This document shows, piece by piece, positions 1 through 13,466 of a stretch of DNA of 64,000 bases (within the stretch, counting starts at the first letter, position 1; every line of letters begins with the position of its first letter). The notes below the pieces were generated by a model that did not search any database, was not told the DNA's origin, and worked only from the letters and a program-made list of their open reading frames with translations. Origin of the DNA: Podarcis erhardii (Eukaryota); NCBI GenBank assembly GCA_964252035.1, contig OZ176210.1; one strand, written 5' to 3'. The position numbers and the translations under genes were made by a program.

Positions 1-865
1 CCCCTGTAAAAAAACAAACAAACACACACACAGCTGGAGAGGGCTTTGCATTGCAGCGGCTCAAGGCAGTCATGCGGAACAGGTTGGAGATCCAAGACTG
101 GGCACATTTCTGTGCAATGAAAGAGAATATGACATTTGTGCTACTATAAATAGAACATGCCTTTTTGGTCTAAATTAAAATGCTGAGCATCCATTTCTTC
201 CCAACCCCCAGATGAAAAGGCAAACATAATCTCAGTAGAATCTGGTATCTACAAGTTGATGATAAAAAAGTACAGTCTTTTCATTATGACTCATTGTTCC
301 TAAATGTGATTGCAACGGGAGGGGGGGGCGCTGAGGGCAGAATAGCATGATGTAACATTTGATAAGTCATTTGGGAATCATATAACCCGTTTGCATCACC
401 GGACAAGAGAAAGTAGGCTTTGGATGTGACAGAGGGACTGGCCTGAAACATGAACTTGCCTCTTCTTTGTCTCTCTCTTCACTCCGTTCTCAAAACACCA
501 CTGGCTGCATTGACAGATGGCTGGAACTGCAGCTGCTGAACCAGCAGAAGAGCTTCCTTCGTTTTCCCTTGCAGGCAGCTTCTGCATAGGAAACTAGAGC
601 TCTCAGGTGAGACAGTGATGAGGGACCGACTGCACGCTATTTCAATATTGTGATTAGAAACCATATCTTTTTATATATATAAAAAAAATACAAAGTGGGG
701 TGGGGCAATTATCAGAATTCCATCCCGTTTCCCCACTGAATTGGGCTTTTAAAAATACATATAAAAATCTGCATGATTTGATCCTCTGATTTCTGCAGTA
801 ATAGTCCAATGCTCTGCCTAGGATGCCCCACTTTTCTCTTGGTCAGAGTACTGAAATAAACTGAG

Positions 866-915
866 CCTGCTATCCAATATGGTACAGGATCCTGCTATCC
901 AATATGTTACAGGAT
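866..915. repeat. 25-bp tandem duplication
   Basis: cctgctatccaatatg(g/t)tacaggat x2, followed by a partial copy. Confidence 0.85.
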
Positions 916-2012
916 CCAATATGGGATCCAGAGGGCAGCTTTTGCTCAGTTGCTTCAGCAAAGCTTGTTGAAAATTACCTGGTTCCAGTGGACCTGCTTT
1001 GGGTTGTCAAAACACCACTTGCAGAGCAATGTTTTTGAGGACTGGCCCTATCATTAGGCAGAGGGAAATGCATGTGTTGGGTCACAGAGACAGAGGGGTG
1101 TTGATTCCCCTGGCCATTCCTCTTGAGCTGCTCCCATCCTCCCAACCTGGTGCCCCAGCAGTGCCGGTTCTTGCATCTTGCTATCCTTTGCAGCCTGTCT
1201 GTGTTGTCTAATCACCTTCTACTAATGCATTACAGTCAGTGCCATTGGAGAACACTCCAAACCAAGTAAGCAGGCAGATTGGTAAACCTGCTCAGGCCAT
1301 GTGCTCTGGCATGCATCATGTGTGTGCACATGTTGCTCTACTCATGCCATGCACTCTGTTGCTGTTGCATAGGAGCAGCTGTCTGAGTGGGTAAAGAGTG
1401 CAGGAACCAGGTGGAGTGGCAAATGAATGGTAACAAAATGTTGGTGGCCAGAGCAGCTGCATTTGCAACATCATATTATTATTATTTGATATTAAATTTA
1501 TATGTTGCCCTTCATCCAAAGATCTCAGGGCAGTTCACAACATAAAACAGTGTGCCCTGACCCTCTCGGCTAGCTTACTGTCCTCAGAAGGGTATGTTCA
1601 CATCACCGCTTACTCTGCATCCAGTGTGCTCCTACTGCTAGTTTTTGAAGCCACATTCACACAACTTTAGGCACAATCCATACCAGTCTTGTAGTTTATT
1701 GTCAATACTGTTGCTTGATGTGTTTCCCTTTCAAATCAATTCTAATAGAAATGAGGATGTGGAGTAAGCAGTAATGTGAACATTTGAGACAGCCATTGCA
1801 CACGGGAAGATGAGTGCCCATGTGCAGATCACAGCATCACAAATAGGATTTGGGAGGTTGCAGGAGTGGGGCAACCAAAAAGGTCATGTGGGTCAAATGA
1901 AGACATCACAAAGGCCCCTCTCTCAGGTGAACATCACTCTGCAAATGTGGCATGAAATGCGGGGCAGGGGGAGAATGACCTTGCTGTGTTTTAAGTTGCT
2001 AATGTGAACATA

Positions 2013-2363
2013 AAAAGGTAAAGGGACCCCTGACCATTAGGTCCAGTCATGGCTGACTCTGGGGTTGCAGCGCTCATCTCGCTTTATTGGCTGAGGGAGC
2101 CAGCGTACAGCTTCCGGGTCATGTGGCCAGCATGACTAAGCCTCTTCTGGCGAACCAGAGCAGTGCACGGAAACGCCATTTACCTTCCCGCCGGAGCGGT
2201 ACCTATTTATCTACTTGACTTTGATGTGCTTTCGAACTGCTAGGTTGGCAGGAGCAGGGACCGAGCAATGGGAGCTCACCCCGTCGCAGGGATTCAAACC
2301 GCCAACCTTCTGATCAGCAAGTCCTAGGCTCTGTGGTTTAACCCACAGCGCCACCCGCATCCC
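2013..2363 (-). mobile_element. Sauria SINE, full length
   Basis: Reverse complement reads GGGATGCGGGTGGCGCTGTGG...CAGGGGTCCCTTTACCTTT. 12-bp TSD aatgtgaacata at 2001-2012 and 2364-2375. Confidence 0.92.
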
Positions 2364-2949
2364 AATGTGAACATACCCTAAGGTTAATCAGGCAACCTGG
2401 TTGGCTGTGTTTGTGTGTACATATGTATATATATGAGAGCGAGAGAGGGACAGAATATTGTCCTTCACATCCAGCAGAAAAGAAAGTTGGGCCAGACCTG
2501 CGTACTGGTATTGTGCAGGGTTCCGGCTTGTGGGGTCTACTTTTTTAAAAAAACAACAACTAAAAAAACCTAGCAAATCCCTTACAGATCAGCCAGAGAT
2601 CTAGTACCAGTAGACCCCAACCCACCTTCTCCTCCCCACTTTTTTTTTGCAGGGTACCCTGTCCAATGCCTCCAGTGGAGCTTCTAGGAGCCAATGAAAG
2701 TGACGGAGACAGGATAAAAAGGAAATGCCTCTTCACCTGGAGGCGATATTCACGCTCCACTTTTCACCCCCCTTCTAACCTCTAACTTGGCTTGTGGGCT
2801 AGCATGAGTTGTGCGTGTCTGCCTTGTCTCCCGGTTATCTCATTCCATATGCATCCATCCTCTACGGGCCAGTACAAACCAGCGTCTCTCCTTCCCCTTA
2901 TCTGCACCCAGCGCCTCTGGGTCCCGCCCTGGAGCCTTCCTCCTCTTCT

Positions 2950-4450
2950 TCTTGCACCTCCGTGAAGGCTGAGCTCAGCCGACCGCCCATCTTCCATGCT
3001 GACCCATCGCCGCGATCCTCCTCCTCCCCGCCTCCTTCCCTCACCCCCTCCCTTTTTGGCCAGCTGCCTCCAGCGAGCGCGCACGTGTCTGTCATTAATC
3101 TAATCACCCTCCCCCACCCCCGCCCCGTCAGTCAGCCGGCACGAGCCTGCGCGGTCCGTGTGACTTAGCAGCTGCGAGTAGGGCGAGAAAAGTCCGGCGC
3201 GCGAGACACAAAGTTCGGTGGAGGCGCGTTCCTTGCTGGCTTGCGACGCCTCACGCGACGACGACGGCTGCTGCTTCCTCCTCCTCCTCTTTCGCGCCCA
3301 CTCGCGGCTGCCACCCTGCGGGTGGTGCACCCAGACTGAGCCGCAGCCGGGGCACGCCGCTGAGGTAGCCGCCTATCGCGGGGCTGAGGCGGCCAGCGCT
3401 CAGCCTCTTCCTTCAGCCGGCCTGGATTGAAGCCTCCAGGCTCCACCGGGCTCTGCTGCTGTTGCCTCCGCAGCAGTAGACGCCGGCGGTGGTGGCGTTT
3501 GTGGAGAAGCGGGAGGAGGCGGCGGCCAAGAGACCAGGAGGCGGAGACGGTTATGGAGCCTGAGGCAGCAGCGGCGGAGAAGCCCAGCGACCCCGAGCCG
3601 GCGCCGTCCTCCTCCTCCTCCTCCTCCTCCTTCCAGGCCCGGCTGTGGAGAAACCTGCAGCTGGGCGGCAAGAGCAAAGGCGGCAAAGCGGCAGCCGCCG
3701 AGCGCCGCAGTGCGGAGACCTCGCCGTCGCTTCCTCGCGCTCGAGCCGAGCAGCAGCCGCCGCCTGAACAGCCGGCGGCGGCCAAGGGGGATTTGCTGAG
3801 CGGCGGCGCCGTCAAGTGGAGCGGCTTCAGGCGCAGGAAGCACGTGCTGGACCGCGTCTTCTCGTCGTCCCAGCCCAACCTCTGCTGCTCCTCGGCGGAG
3901 CCCCTGGAGGCCGTGAGCAGCGAGGCCGGCTCGGCGCTGCGCCGCCTGAGGGAGCACATCCTGCACCACCACCATCAGGGCAGGGGGCAGCCGCCGTCGC
4001 CTCAGGGCCGCCGCCGCCCCGACGACGCGCGCCCCGCCGCCGCCTCCTCCTCCTCGGCGTCCTCTTCGCTCTGCCCGTCGCCGGCCGCCCCCGCCCGAGC
4101 CGACAGGGGGCGCGGCGGGGATGGCGCCCCGCAAGCCGAGAAGGGGGAGGAGCTTCCCCCGACGCCGACGCCGCAGCCCCGGCCGGGGGCGCACCTGTCC
4201 CACCAGAAGAGCTCCTCCCTGCCGGGCACCGCTTGCTTGGAGCAACTGCTGCAGGAGTCGCCCCCCAAGGGCAAGGCCAGAGCGAGGGAGGGCAGTGGCA
4301 GCCCCGCGGTGAGTCGCTGGAGGGGAGGGGGCGACGTTTGGCTCCCCGCTGCTTGCGTGGATGCTGGGGGTTTCCCCCTTCGGTTTGGGAGGCAGGGGCT
4401 TTTGTTTTGGCAACTTCCCCCCACCCCCGACTCCTGAGGGTCAGGAAAGG
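2950..4450 (+). promoter_or_regulatory. CpG island: promoter, 5' UTR and exon 1 of MCTP1
   Basis: Very GC- and CpG-rich block against an AT-rich, CpG-poor background. It spans the first coding exon. No ATG was seen between about 3120 and 3552. Boundaries are approximate and the TSS cannot be determined. Confidence 0.85.
3553..4308 (+). CDS. MCTP1: MCTP1 coding exon 1 (long isoform, low-complexity N-terminus, 252 codons)
   Basis: ATG at 3553 opens MEPEAAAAEKPSDPEPAPSSSSSSSSFQARLWRNLQLG...WSGFRRRKHVLDRVFSSSQPNLCCSS...HQKSSSLPGTACLEQLL. These match motifs I recognise from the vertebrate MCTP1 N-terminus. The exon ends at GCG|gtgagt, phase 0. Confidence 0.95.
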
Positions 4451-7400
4451 GTTAAAAGGTTCACGTGCTTCGCGTCTGAACCTGGATTTGTGTTTCACTT
4501 AAATGTGATGGGGAAAGGACAAAGAATTAAGTTATTTCTCCATGCATGCATAGACGGGGTACTTGATTGGGGACTTCCATGACAGTACTAGATGGAACAC
4601 AGGAAACTTTGGCCTAAGTTGGCCATGGATTGGTATCCATACTCAAGGGTGTACAGGTAGTTGTAGTTTTGTATTACTGTACATAACCATAAAAAGTAGG
4701 CAAACTAGGTGCCTTTGTGTGAATGTGGCAAGGTTTGGCAAGGACCAAAAACTTATCTTTTTGAGGAGAGGAGTGCATTGGTGGCTGTTGCTCCAGCCAC
4801 AGTTTCTCGGTGTATCAAAAAGTGTACACCCTTGGCCCAAGGGCTAGGTGTTAACTTAGGAGCAGTTCAACTTGACATATTTGGGTAGCTTGCTGGATGT
4901 TCAGCTTTTTCTGACCCCCCCCCCCACATTTGTCCTGTAAAATAGCAACTTTGAGCACTAGTTTGCTTCCCCCCCCCAGTAGTCATGTGGTATCTTCACC
5001 AAGACCACTTGGCAACATTTTCTTTGCAAAGTTTTCATGGGGGGGGGCAGTGGAGGAATTTTGGTTCAGGTGTTCTTTAATTCTGGAAAAAATGTTTTAC
5101 ACTTGGTTATGTAGGAAGGTCCAGGCAGGTGAAAGATGTTAACACCTGTACACATAAGAATATGCAGTTGGCTCGTTTTCTTAAACAGCAGGTTTGTACA
5201 CTGGAAACTGGTCTTGACATTGAAGTAATCTACTTGTGTGTTTACTGGAGTGCAGTTAGCTTGGATGTATAACGTCTGACACTAGAGAGATACAGAGTGT
5301 AGATTAGAGTTGGGAATATTTGCAGTGGTTGCAGCATTTGGATTTTCCCACCCTATATGATGTCAGAGCCTTTGTCAGCAAATAAGCTCTGAATAAGATT
5401 GATGTCTAAATCTGAATGAAGAAATGATGGCTCAGGCAGGACACATGCAGAGAACCTATGCTGCTTCTGTGCAGGTAACTTATTTCATTCATGCTTACTG
5501 TGAGATTGGTGTGAGATACTGAGTGCATATAGACTTACTCTGATATTTGCATGCAGCTACATTAACAGCATGATGTGCAAAGTAATTCGTAGTATCAGTA
5601 TTTTGAGACAGCCGCAAGGCTACTTGTTCCATCCACTTGTGCAATCAATCCCCTTTTAGAAACAACATATATAAATATTTTGAAGATGAGATGATTTCTT
5701 TTAAAAGGAGATATTTGTACTCCATAGGTTAAATATTCCTTAGCTAAACAGAAAATGTGCACAAACCAGAAGGAGTACTACCTTCACTACCTCTGAGAGA
5801 CATCTGCCTCTCCCCCCTCCCAATTTGGACTTAAATGCCAACAATATTCTTAACCTTCATAAAGGGAAAAAATGACAGTCGTATTTGGGTAATCCCCCCC
5901 AACTGACTTTCATTGTATCTTATTTTATTTATAACTACAAGTATTTATAAACTGTCAGGTCATGAAAAAATATTGTGGCAGTGATACATGTGCGCTTTAA
6001 GAGTAAGACCTTCTGAACGCAATAGGATTTACTTCTGAGTAAACGTGTGATTAACCTGCTTCCCTCCATCACTTTTTGCTTGAAAAAGCATGAGTCAAAT
6101 TTAGATGTATTCTGGGTGGGGGTGGGTAAAATGTCCTGAAATAAACCAATGAGTGGTGTGTTAGAAGAAAGACAAATCTGTTTCTTTGGGTTGGCTTTTG
6201 TTAGAAAAATCACATGGAAAATTTTTACTCCAATATGCTAACTTACATTGGTTTTTTTAAAAAAACGCCACCTTACCCCCCCCCCTCCATTTTTAAGATT
6301 AATTTGGTTGCCTTGCAATGTCTTTTGCCCCATGTGGTTCTTTGCAGAAAGAAAACTGTCAGTAGTAAGTGGCTGAACTATGGGTACGTTGTTTATTACT
6401 ATGCAGGTGACAATAGATTAGAAGAACCATGATATTTTTTTGCAATGAAAACTATACCCCGGAGTGGATTTCAACCCTGTGTTTCATATAAAGAATTAAT
6501 AAAAGTTAACGTTGGAAATCCTGGTCTAGGACCTGCTTAATTGGTTACAATGCCTTGGAAATTAAGTGTATTGTTAACCTTATGTGCACAGTACCATGTA
6601 CAAGTAACACTAAAATCTGTGATATTTCCTTTTTAGACTATTTGCTGTAGTTGTCACTAAATTTGTACACTACCCATCCATTCAAATTCTCTAAAAGCAA
6701 GATAAAATAAACCAAAACAGCATAAAGCTCAGCAACTCCCCTAAAAATATGTATAATAAACTATATGTTTCTGAAGTATAGACTTAATCCATTAACTCTT
6801 GATGTCAACAAGATTCTCATGGTCAGTTGGAATGCTTCAAGTAGCAATTGGAGGGCTGCTGTCTGAAAGCATTATTACTCATGCTCTAATTCTTAGCACA
6901 TTAACTTGGAAGTTAGCTCTGTTGATTGAAATGGAGCATGCTTCTAGGCAAGTGTGCATAAGACAACATCCTTTACTTTGCTACATCATATTATCTATGC
7001 TGCAGAGTTGGTTTCTTAAACCGTACATATACATTTAACACTTCTCTTTAGATTTTAGAAATTTAACTCTAAACACAAGATTAAAGATGAAACAGTTGTA
7101 AAAAATAGGTGGTGTTTCTGTGCATTTAATTTAGTTTGTCCTGGAAGCATAGTAGCAATGGGAAGGCACATTATGGTAGGTTTGTATGATGGAAAAGCTG
7201 AAGCTCATTAGAAGGATTATGAGAAATCAATGTTCTTTTTGCAGTTGTCTTTGGGGGGGGGAAATCCTTTGTACACCTTGCTTGGCATAATTATGCCCTG
7301 ATAAAGGGTACAATTCTAAACAAATGGCACTAGTTGCATAATCTGTCTTCTGGAATCCACTCTTGCTGTTCTCTTGAGCATGATTTATTACTACTTTTGT

Positions 7401-7681
7401 TTACTCTTAATGCCTATGTGGTTACAAAAATCAATTATACTAGCTCCATCTGTGCACATACTTCTTTTTTTTTGGAGAAAACTTGATAGCTGAATACATA
7501 AAATCCTTGCAAAGCATTGTGTCTTGGAAGCTCTTTAGGGCACTGTCAAAACAATGGGAGTTGAACTTCAAGTAGCAAGCTTCCGAGGTCTCTAGACTAA
7601 AATAGAAAAAGTGAGAGATAATCTTAGGCAACAACTTTGTATACATTTGTGTTTTTCCCTTGGCTTCAGTAAACCTTCAAT

Positions 7682-7980
7682 TTGCCGATTGAAGGTTCGA
7701 ATCTCCACGACGGGGTGAGCTCCCGTTGCTCGGTCCCTGCTCCTGCCAACCTAGCAGTTCGAAAGCATGAAGTGCAAGTAGGTAATAGGTACCGCTCCGG
7801 TGGGAAGGTAAACGACGTTTCCGTGCACTGCTCTGGTTCACCAGAAGCAGCTTAGTCATCCTGGCCACATGACCCAGAAGCTGTACGTCGGCTCCCTCGG
7901 CCAATAAAGTGAGATGAGCTCTGCAACCCCAGAGTCGTCCGTGACTGGACCTAATGGTTAAGGGTCCCTTTACCTTTACC
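7682..7980 (+). mobile_element. Sauria SINE, 5'-truncated
   Basis: Same body as the other copies (ggtgagctcccgttgctc...gtagataaataggtacc-like core...gggtccctttacctttacc). Confidence 0.9.
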
Positions 7981-9481
7981 TACAGCTATACAAATCAAAT
8001 AGGTTTGGCTGCTAGTAGTCATGGAAATGGATGAGGCAGGGGCAAGAACTCTGCAGGTGCTCAATTCTTGATTTTGAACTGTGTGTGGCAAAATAGCTGA
8101 GGAACATGGCTTGGTTCATCACCTGATTTTACTCCCCAGAATTCAATAATTTGATCTACGCATTGAAAGTGAGTGGGGCAACGAATAAGAAAAAAAATGC
8201 ATTGGTCAGAAATAGAACATATCTATGTGGCACTATTTCTGGAAGTTGCATTTGCAACCTTAGGATTGTACATTGTGATCTGAAGACCCCACCTGCACGC
8301 TTCCTTCGTTATAAGTCTGCATTTGAGTTGTATAGCCTGGGAGAGAAGAAGTTTGTAGCCCAGGGTGATAGGTTGTTCCACCTCCCCTGAGGTGGACCAT
8401 TCCTGTGGCAGAGAATCTTTCGCTGGCAGACTTGCTTTTGAGTATTATCCTTCACTTTCTTGTTGTTATTACTCTTGGCATTAAATTATCTCCATCCAGG
8501 AAGCATAGTGGATGAATTTTGAATATCATTGTTATATGCCTATCTCATTTGAGCTCCTTACAGAAAAAGTAGCTTACATGAGCTTTTTAACATCCCTAAT
8601 TGTGTGTGCACTCAGACCATTGCCTACTTAAACATTACTGTGTGTGTGTGAGAATGTAATGGAAACTGACTGACTTAAGGAAAGAATTGGAATCTTAGCA
8701 TATGCAGAAGGGCAAATCTCTCAGATGTGTTTTGGCATCCCCCCCCCCCCCCGTTGCCTCAGTTCAGTATCTTAATAATGCTAAAAGAGCCTTACTGGTT
8801 CAGAGCAAAGGTCCACCCAGTTCCACATTCTAGACTCACAGTGACTAACAAGATGTTCTGCAGGCAGGACTTCTATGGCCATGAGAAGAACAGTGTTCTC
8901 CCCATTTGTGCTCCCCAGCAACTGGTATTCAGATGCACACATCTGTTCTGCCCTGTACTCCATTTAGAAGAAGAGCTGGATGTAAATATAATACCACCTT
9001 CAGTATCACAAGGGGAAATCAGCCTACTTAAGGGTTATTGGCTTGCTTCTAGGGAGGAGAAAGTAGGATAATGTACACCGAGGTCTAATACTTACTGGGA
9101 ATCAATCTTCTGAGTTGTGGGTGCTGAACAAATTAATCTCATGTAGTGCCTTGGAAGGAATATTCCCACCCTTCCCTAGGAGAGAAATCCTTTATTTACA
9201 GACTGTGTGTGGCAAGGATTGGAAACTGATGATTTAGCAAGGATCTCTTAAGCCCCTACCTGACCTTCCAATCCCAAAGAGTCTTTACCACCCATGCTTA
9301 ATGATGCATGCCAGCCTTTCCCCCTCAGGGACTTGTGCAAAGAAATCAAAACAGTTTCCTCTCCAATGTAAATTGCTATAGAGGTTCCAGAGTTTGCTTC
9401 TTCAGCACTCTGAAATTAAGAGCATCATGCTCTACCAACTGGGCTATTAGGGGGTAGTCTTCATTTTCTGTTGCCTGTGAT

Positions 9482-9484
<3 letters not shown>

Positions 9485-9531
<47 letters not shown>

Positions 9532-9542
9532 AGAGAGAGAGA
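9485..9542. repeat. (CA)n/(GA)n microsatellite
   Basis: About 21 CA units followed by a short GA run. Confidence 0.95.
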
Positions 9543-11200
9543 GTCTATATGTATGTATTTTTGGCCTTTCAATCTTCATTCAATTTGTCACTATTGTTAG
9601 TGTTGTCTCTTAGGACCTTAATGTAGCCCACGGCAGAAAATTACATAATACCCTTGCCATGTGCTCAAGGTTGACATGCTATGATCGACGCATTCAGTGG
9701 AATGAGACAGAAGATTTCTGAGTTGGCAGTGTGGATTGCACCACCAGAGTGAGGCTGAGTTATGCATTCCTTCAAATGTGGATCCTGTGGCCTTCACGAT
9801 GCTACCACTCTTGTAATCCCTGACTATTGGTCATGCAGACTGGAGCTTATAGGACATGGGAGTCCATCAACTTCTGCAGGGTTGTAGGTTTCGCATTCCT
9901 GATGTAGAATATTAGCATTGCCAATAGATGTTTTTGTGCCATATAGAAGGCAGAAAGGTTGTTTTTATATGGGGTGCATGTTTAAACTTTTGTGTATTTT
10001 GATACTTGTATGAACTTTAATTTGTAGTAAGTGGTTGTATACTAGCTCTCTGTTTATTGTGGTAGTTGACTATTTGTATAGAATTTCTTCTTTGTACAGG
10101 AGAATTTAAGAGTATAAACCTTCACCAGCACTTGGAAGGGATGCAGTTTAATCATTCACCTCAGAATTTCACCTCACCATATTGCTGCATGTGTTGACAT
10201 AATCTAAGATATTAGATAACACAAAGGAGGTAATCAGTTGCATGGAAAAGGAGAGTTAAGTAGCATATTTCGTATGGCAGTCAAGGGAACCGCTAGGAGG
10301 TAGAGCTCCTGTAACAGGAGACAATAAGCTGAAAGATCTTGAATCTGAGCATGTTGCAAATTTTCACTTTTGCACATGCATATTTTTGTCAAACTAAGAA
10401 TTTGCCAAGAGGTTTTTTTTTTTAAAAAAGTAAAAAAGTAAAAGCCCACCCAACATGATTAACCTACCATAGGAAATTCAGTCTTAATGGAGAGTGAATT
10501 CTGAAACAAATTGTGAACATGATGGTATTTTTCAGGATGTTCTTCAGGGATCCTTGTCAGTGTGGTGAAATGTTGCATACAAAATGTTACAGCTATAAAT
10601 AGATTTTCTCACGAACACTCATTTCATTGCAAGTAGATGTGCCTTTCGAGATCATTTAAAATCAGCACGTAGTTCTGAAACTGACAGCCTGCCAATCAGC
10701 GGATACAGTGCAGTCCTCTACTCAGAAGTCCCATTAAGTTCAGTGTAGTTTACTTCCAGATATAGGACTGCAGTACGAAACTTGCTGTGTTCTGTACATG
10801 ACTAATGTGTTTGACTAATATATATATATATATCACATTCTTTCCAGGAATATTCTCTTACATGGCAGAAACAAAGGTTGGTGGGGAGGGGCAGTTAAGC
10901 TAAATGGCGTAGGATTTAGTTGGGGAAAACGGTGGGGAAGTAAACAGCTTCCCCCAACACTACTTCTCTAGTCAGATTCGGTGCCCCCTGTGACTAATTT
11001 TGCGGGGTTTGTTTTTGGAGGCTTAAATGAGATATCTTTCTTGCTTCAGTGTGACTCTATCTCTATTTTGTGGGAAGCCTGCAAGCAGGACATGAGCACA
11101 ACGGCACTCTGCCCACCTTTGATTACTGCCTCTTGACAGTGAATGTAGAGCATAGCCATTGTTGCCCAGGCTCTCTTCTAAGATACTAAAAGTCAGGTGT

Positions 11201-11455
11201 GGGAGCCAGTGTGGTGTAGTGGTTAAGAGCGGTAGACTCGTAATCTGGTGAACCGGGTTTGATTCCCTGCTCCTCCACATGCAGATAGATGCTGGGTGAC
11301 CTTGGGCTAATCACACTTCTCTGAAGTCTCTCAGCCCCACTCAACTCATGGAGTGTTTGTTGTGGGGGAAGGAAGGGAAAGAATGTTAGCCGCTTTGAGA
11401 CTCCTTCGGGTAGTGATAAAGCGGGATATCAAATCCAAACTCTTCTCTTCTTCTT
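11201..11455 (+). mobile_element. tRNA-derived SINE, Squam3-like (Ther1/MIR-derived squamate SINE)
   Basis: gggagccagtgtggtgtagtggttaagagc (A box), gggtttgattccc (B box), a MIR-like core gtgaccttgggc and a (ctt)n tail. Family name is from memory. Confidence 0.75.
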
Positions 11456-12767
11456 CACTTTATGGGGCTGATCTGGCCTGTTAAGCCTTTCCAAGTGGCC
11501 CTCCAGCCCTGATCCATTGTGTTGGTATCATTGCCTTTGGCAGCAATGCTCTTCCCATGTCACCTTTGAAACTAATGATTGCTCTTTTCCTGGGTTGTCA
11601 CTGGAGAGAAGAAGCATAGAAGAATGGAAACAAGGGGAAACAAGTAATTTTTATGTTGGGTGGGGGGAGTAGTTGTGCCCATTTTTGTTTCGTCCATGTC
11701 CACCACTGACCTGCAGCCTCATATGGTCAACCAAGAAACAATGCGGCCCCTGGGATGAAAAGGTTCCCCAGCCCTTGTTGTATAAGCTGTAAAGAGCTCA
11801 GACCTGGATTTCCATTTTTCTTTTCCAACTGATGTTTGACAATCTGTGGCTGCTGAGGATGTTCAAGCCTCGCTGGAATGTTTTTGGATGGACTTTCTCC
11901 TTAGATGCTGAAACATATTTTTTTTTTTTTTAAGTTTGCATACATGGTTCCCCTGATCATGCTGATATCTTCCTCTTGTTTCACAATGACCCTGTATTTT
12001 TGGCTCTGTTCCTATTGGCACTCAATCACTTGTTTTGGTTATTAGAGAGAGTGATAGCTGCAGTTCTGAACAGATTGCTTTAACTAATTATGTTATGCTG
12101 CATTATAAAAATTCCTGTCTACAGGTTCCTTTTTATTCTGTCCATACCATTATTTTATAAAGTGATCCAATTATAGTGCCACATTGGAAACGTAATATTC
12201 AATTTGGTTCTTCGTGATAATATGTTTGGCGGGGGGGAATAAGATAAAAAAAATCCCTGTGCCAAATGTTTGTTCTTAAAATATATTTCTTTCTTGGCTG
12301 CATTTTGCTTTAGGGCATTTATTCATTTAAAATGTTTCCTTTGCTTAAATTTTACAGGAAATCAATTAATAAATAGCTTTCATTTTACTTATGAAAGACC
12401 TGTCTAACTGCATCTGTCTGAAGCAGGGTTATTAACTGTAATGACACAGGACAAAAGAACAATGAGTAGCAATAACCAGAGCAGTGATTTTTGTAGCTTT
12501 CGTATTGGATTTCATCTAGAAGGTGCCTGCTTCATTTTGCAGGATATAAATTTGTGAAATTGCTAAAGCATCATACTAAGTCTGGGGTATCCATTTCCCT
12601 CTGAAATCAATAGGACTTGTTGGGGGGGGGAATGATATAAGAGAACAGGGCAGCAAAATGTATTGCTCCACTTGCTCCTGTGCTGCAGAAGAGCGATCTG
12701 ACATGCTTTCACAAGGATTCTGTGGTAGACTACGGTTACCCTTTGACCACACTCTGGCTAATATTTG

Positions 12768-12768
<1 letters not shown>

Positions 12769-12815
<47 letters not shown>

Positions 12816-13212
12816 TTATTTATTATTTATACCCCGCCCATCTGGCTGGGCCTCCCCAGCCACTCTGGGCGGCTTCCATAAAAACCAAAAATACAGTAAA
12901 ATCACACGTTAAAAACTTCCCTGAACAGGGCTGCCTTAAGATGTCTTCTGAATGTCAGGTAGTTGTTTATCGCTTTGACATCTGCTGGAAGGGCGTTCCA
13001 CAGGGCGGGCGCCACTACGGAGAAGACCCTCTGCCTGGTTCCCTGTAGCTTTGCTTCTCGCAATGAGGGAACCTCCAGAAGGCCCTCGGCGCTGGACCTC
13101 AGCGTCCGGGCAGAATGATGGGGGTGGAGACGCTCCTTCAGGTATACTGGACCGAGGCCGTTTAGGGCTTTAAAGGTCAGCACCACCACTTTGAATTGTG
13201 CTCGGAAACATA
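12769..13212 (-). mobile_element. L2-clade LINE 3' end with (AAT)n tail
   Basis: Minus ORF ...TFKALNGLGPVYLKERL...FSVVAPALWNALP...FRRHLKAALF is typical of the L2 ORF2 C-terminus. The tail at 12769-12815 is about 15 AAT units. Confidence 0.85.
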
Positions 13213-13410
13213 ATCCACTGTGCTGTCATTGTTGTTTGTTTAGAAAATCTTCTGGATGCAGATTCTTGATTCTCCTTGAGGCATTTCTCAGATGTTGCAA
13301 GTGAATCTGTGGTATATGGAAATGGGAGCCATGAACAACTGCCTAGGTGTAATTCCTTGCAGTGGAGAGAGAGCTTGTGAACTTAAAGCACACAACTGCT
13401 TTCCATCATT

Positions 13411-13466
13411 CAGGTTGGGCTAGAATGATCCTCGGGGAGCCTTCCAGCTCTACGATTCTATGATTC
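13411..13466 (+). mobile_element. CR1 LINE extreme 3' end
   Basis: ggttgggctagaatgatcctcggggagccttccagctctacgattctatgatt shows the CR1 terminal hairpin and (ATTCTRTG)n tail. Confidence 0.7.

Noticed and set aside
3388-3552. In-frame open stretch upstream of the ATG (track start TTG 3427), a possible non-AUG extension
   Set aside because: An open frame of 55 codons is expected at this GC content, and nothing supports initiation there.
2782-4502. Long overlapping ORFs on both strands (337, 264, 228, 223 aa and others) around exon 1
   Set aside because: They are shadows of very GC-rich sequence in which stop codons are rare. Only the frame starting at 3553 has MCTP1 motifs and a matching splice donor.
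11201-11275. tRNA-like sequence with A and B boxes (also SINE heads at 2363, 14083, 54555 and 59512)
   Set aside because: These are tRNA-derived SINE heads continuing into SINE bodies, not tRNA genes.
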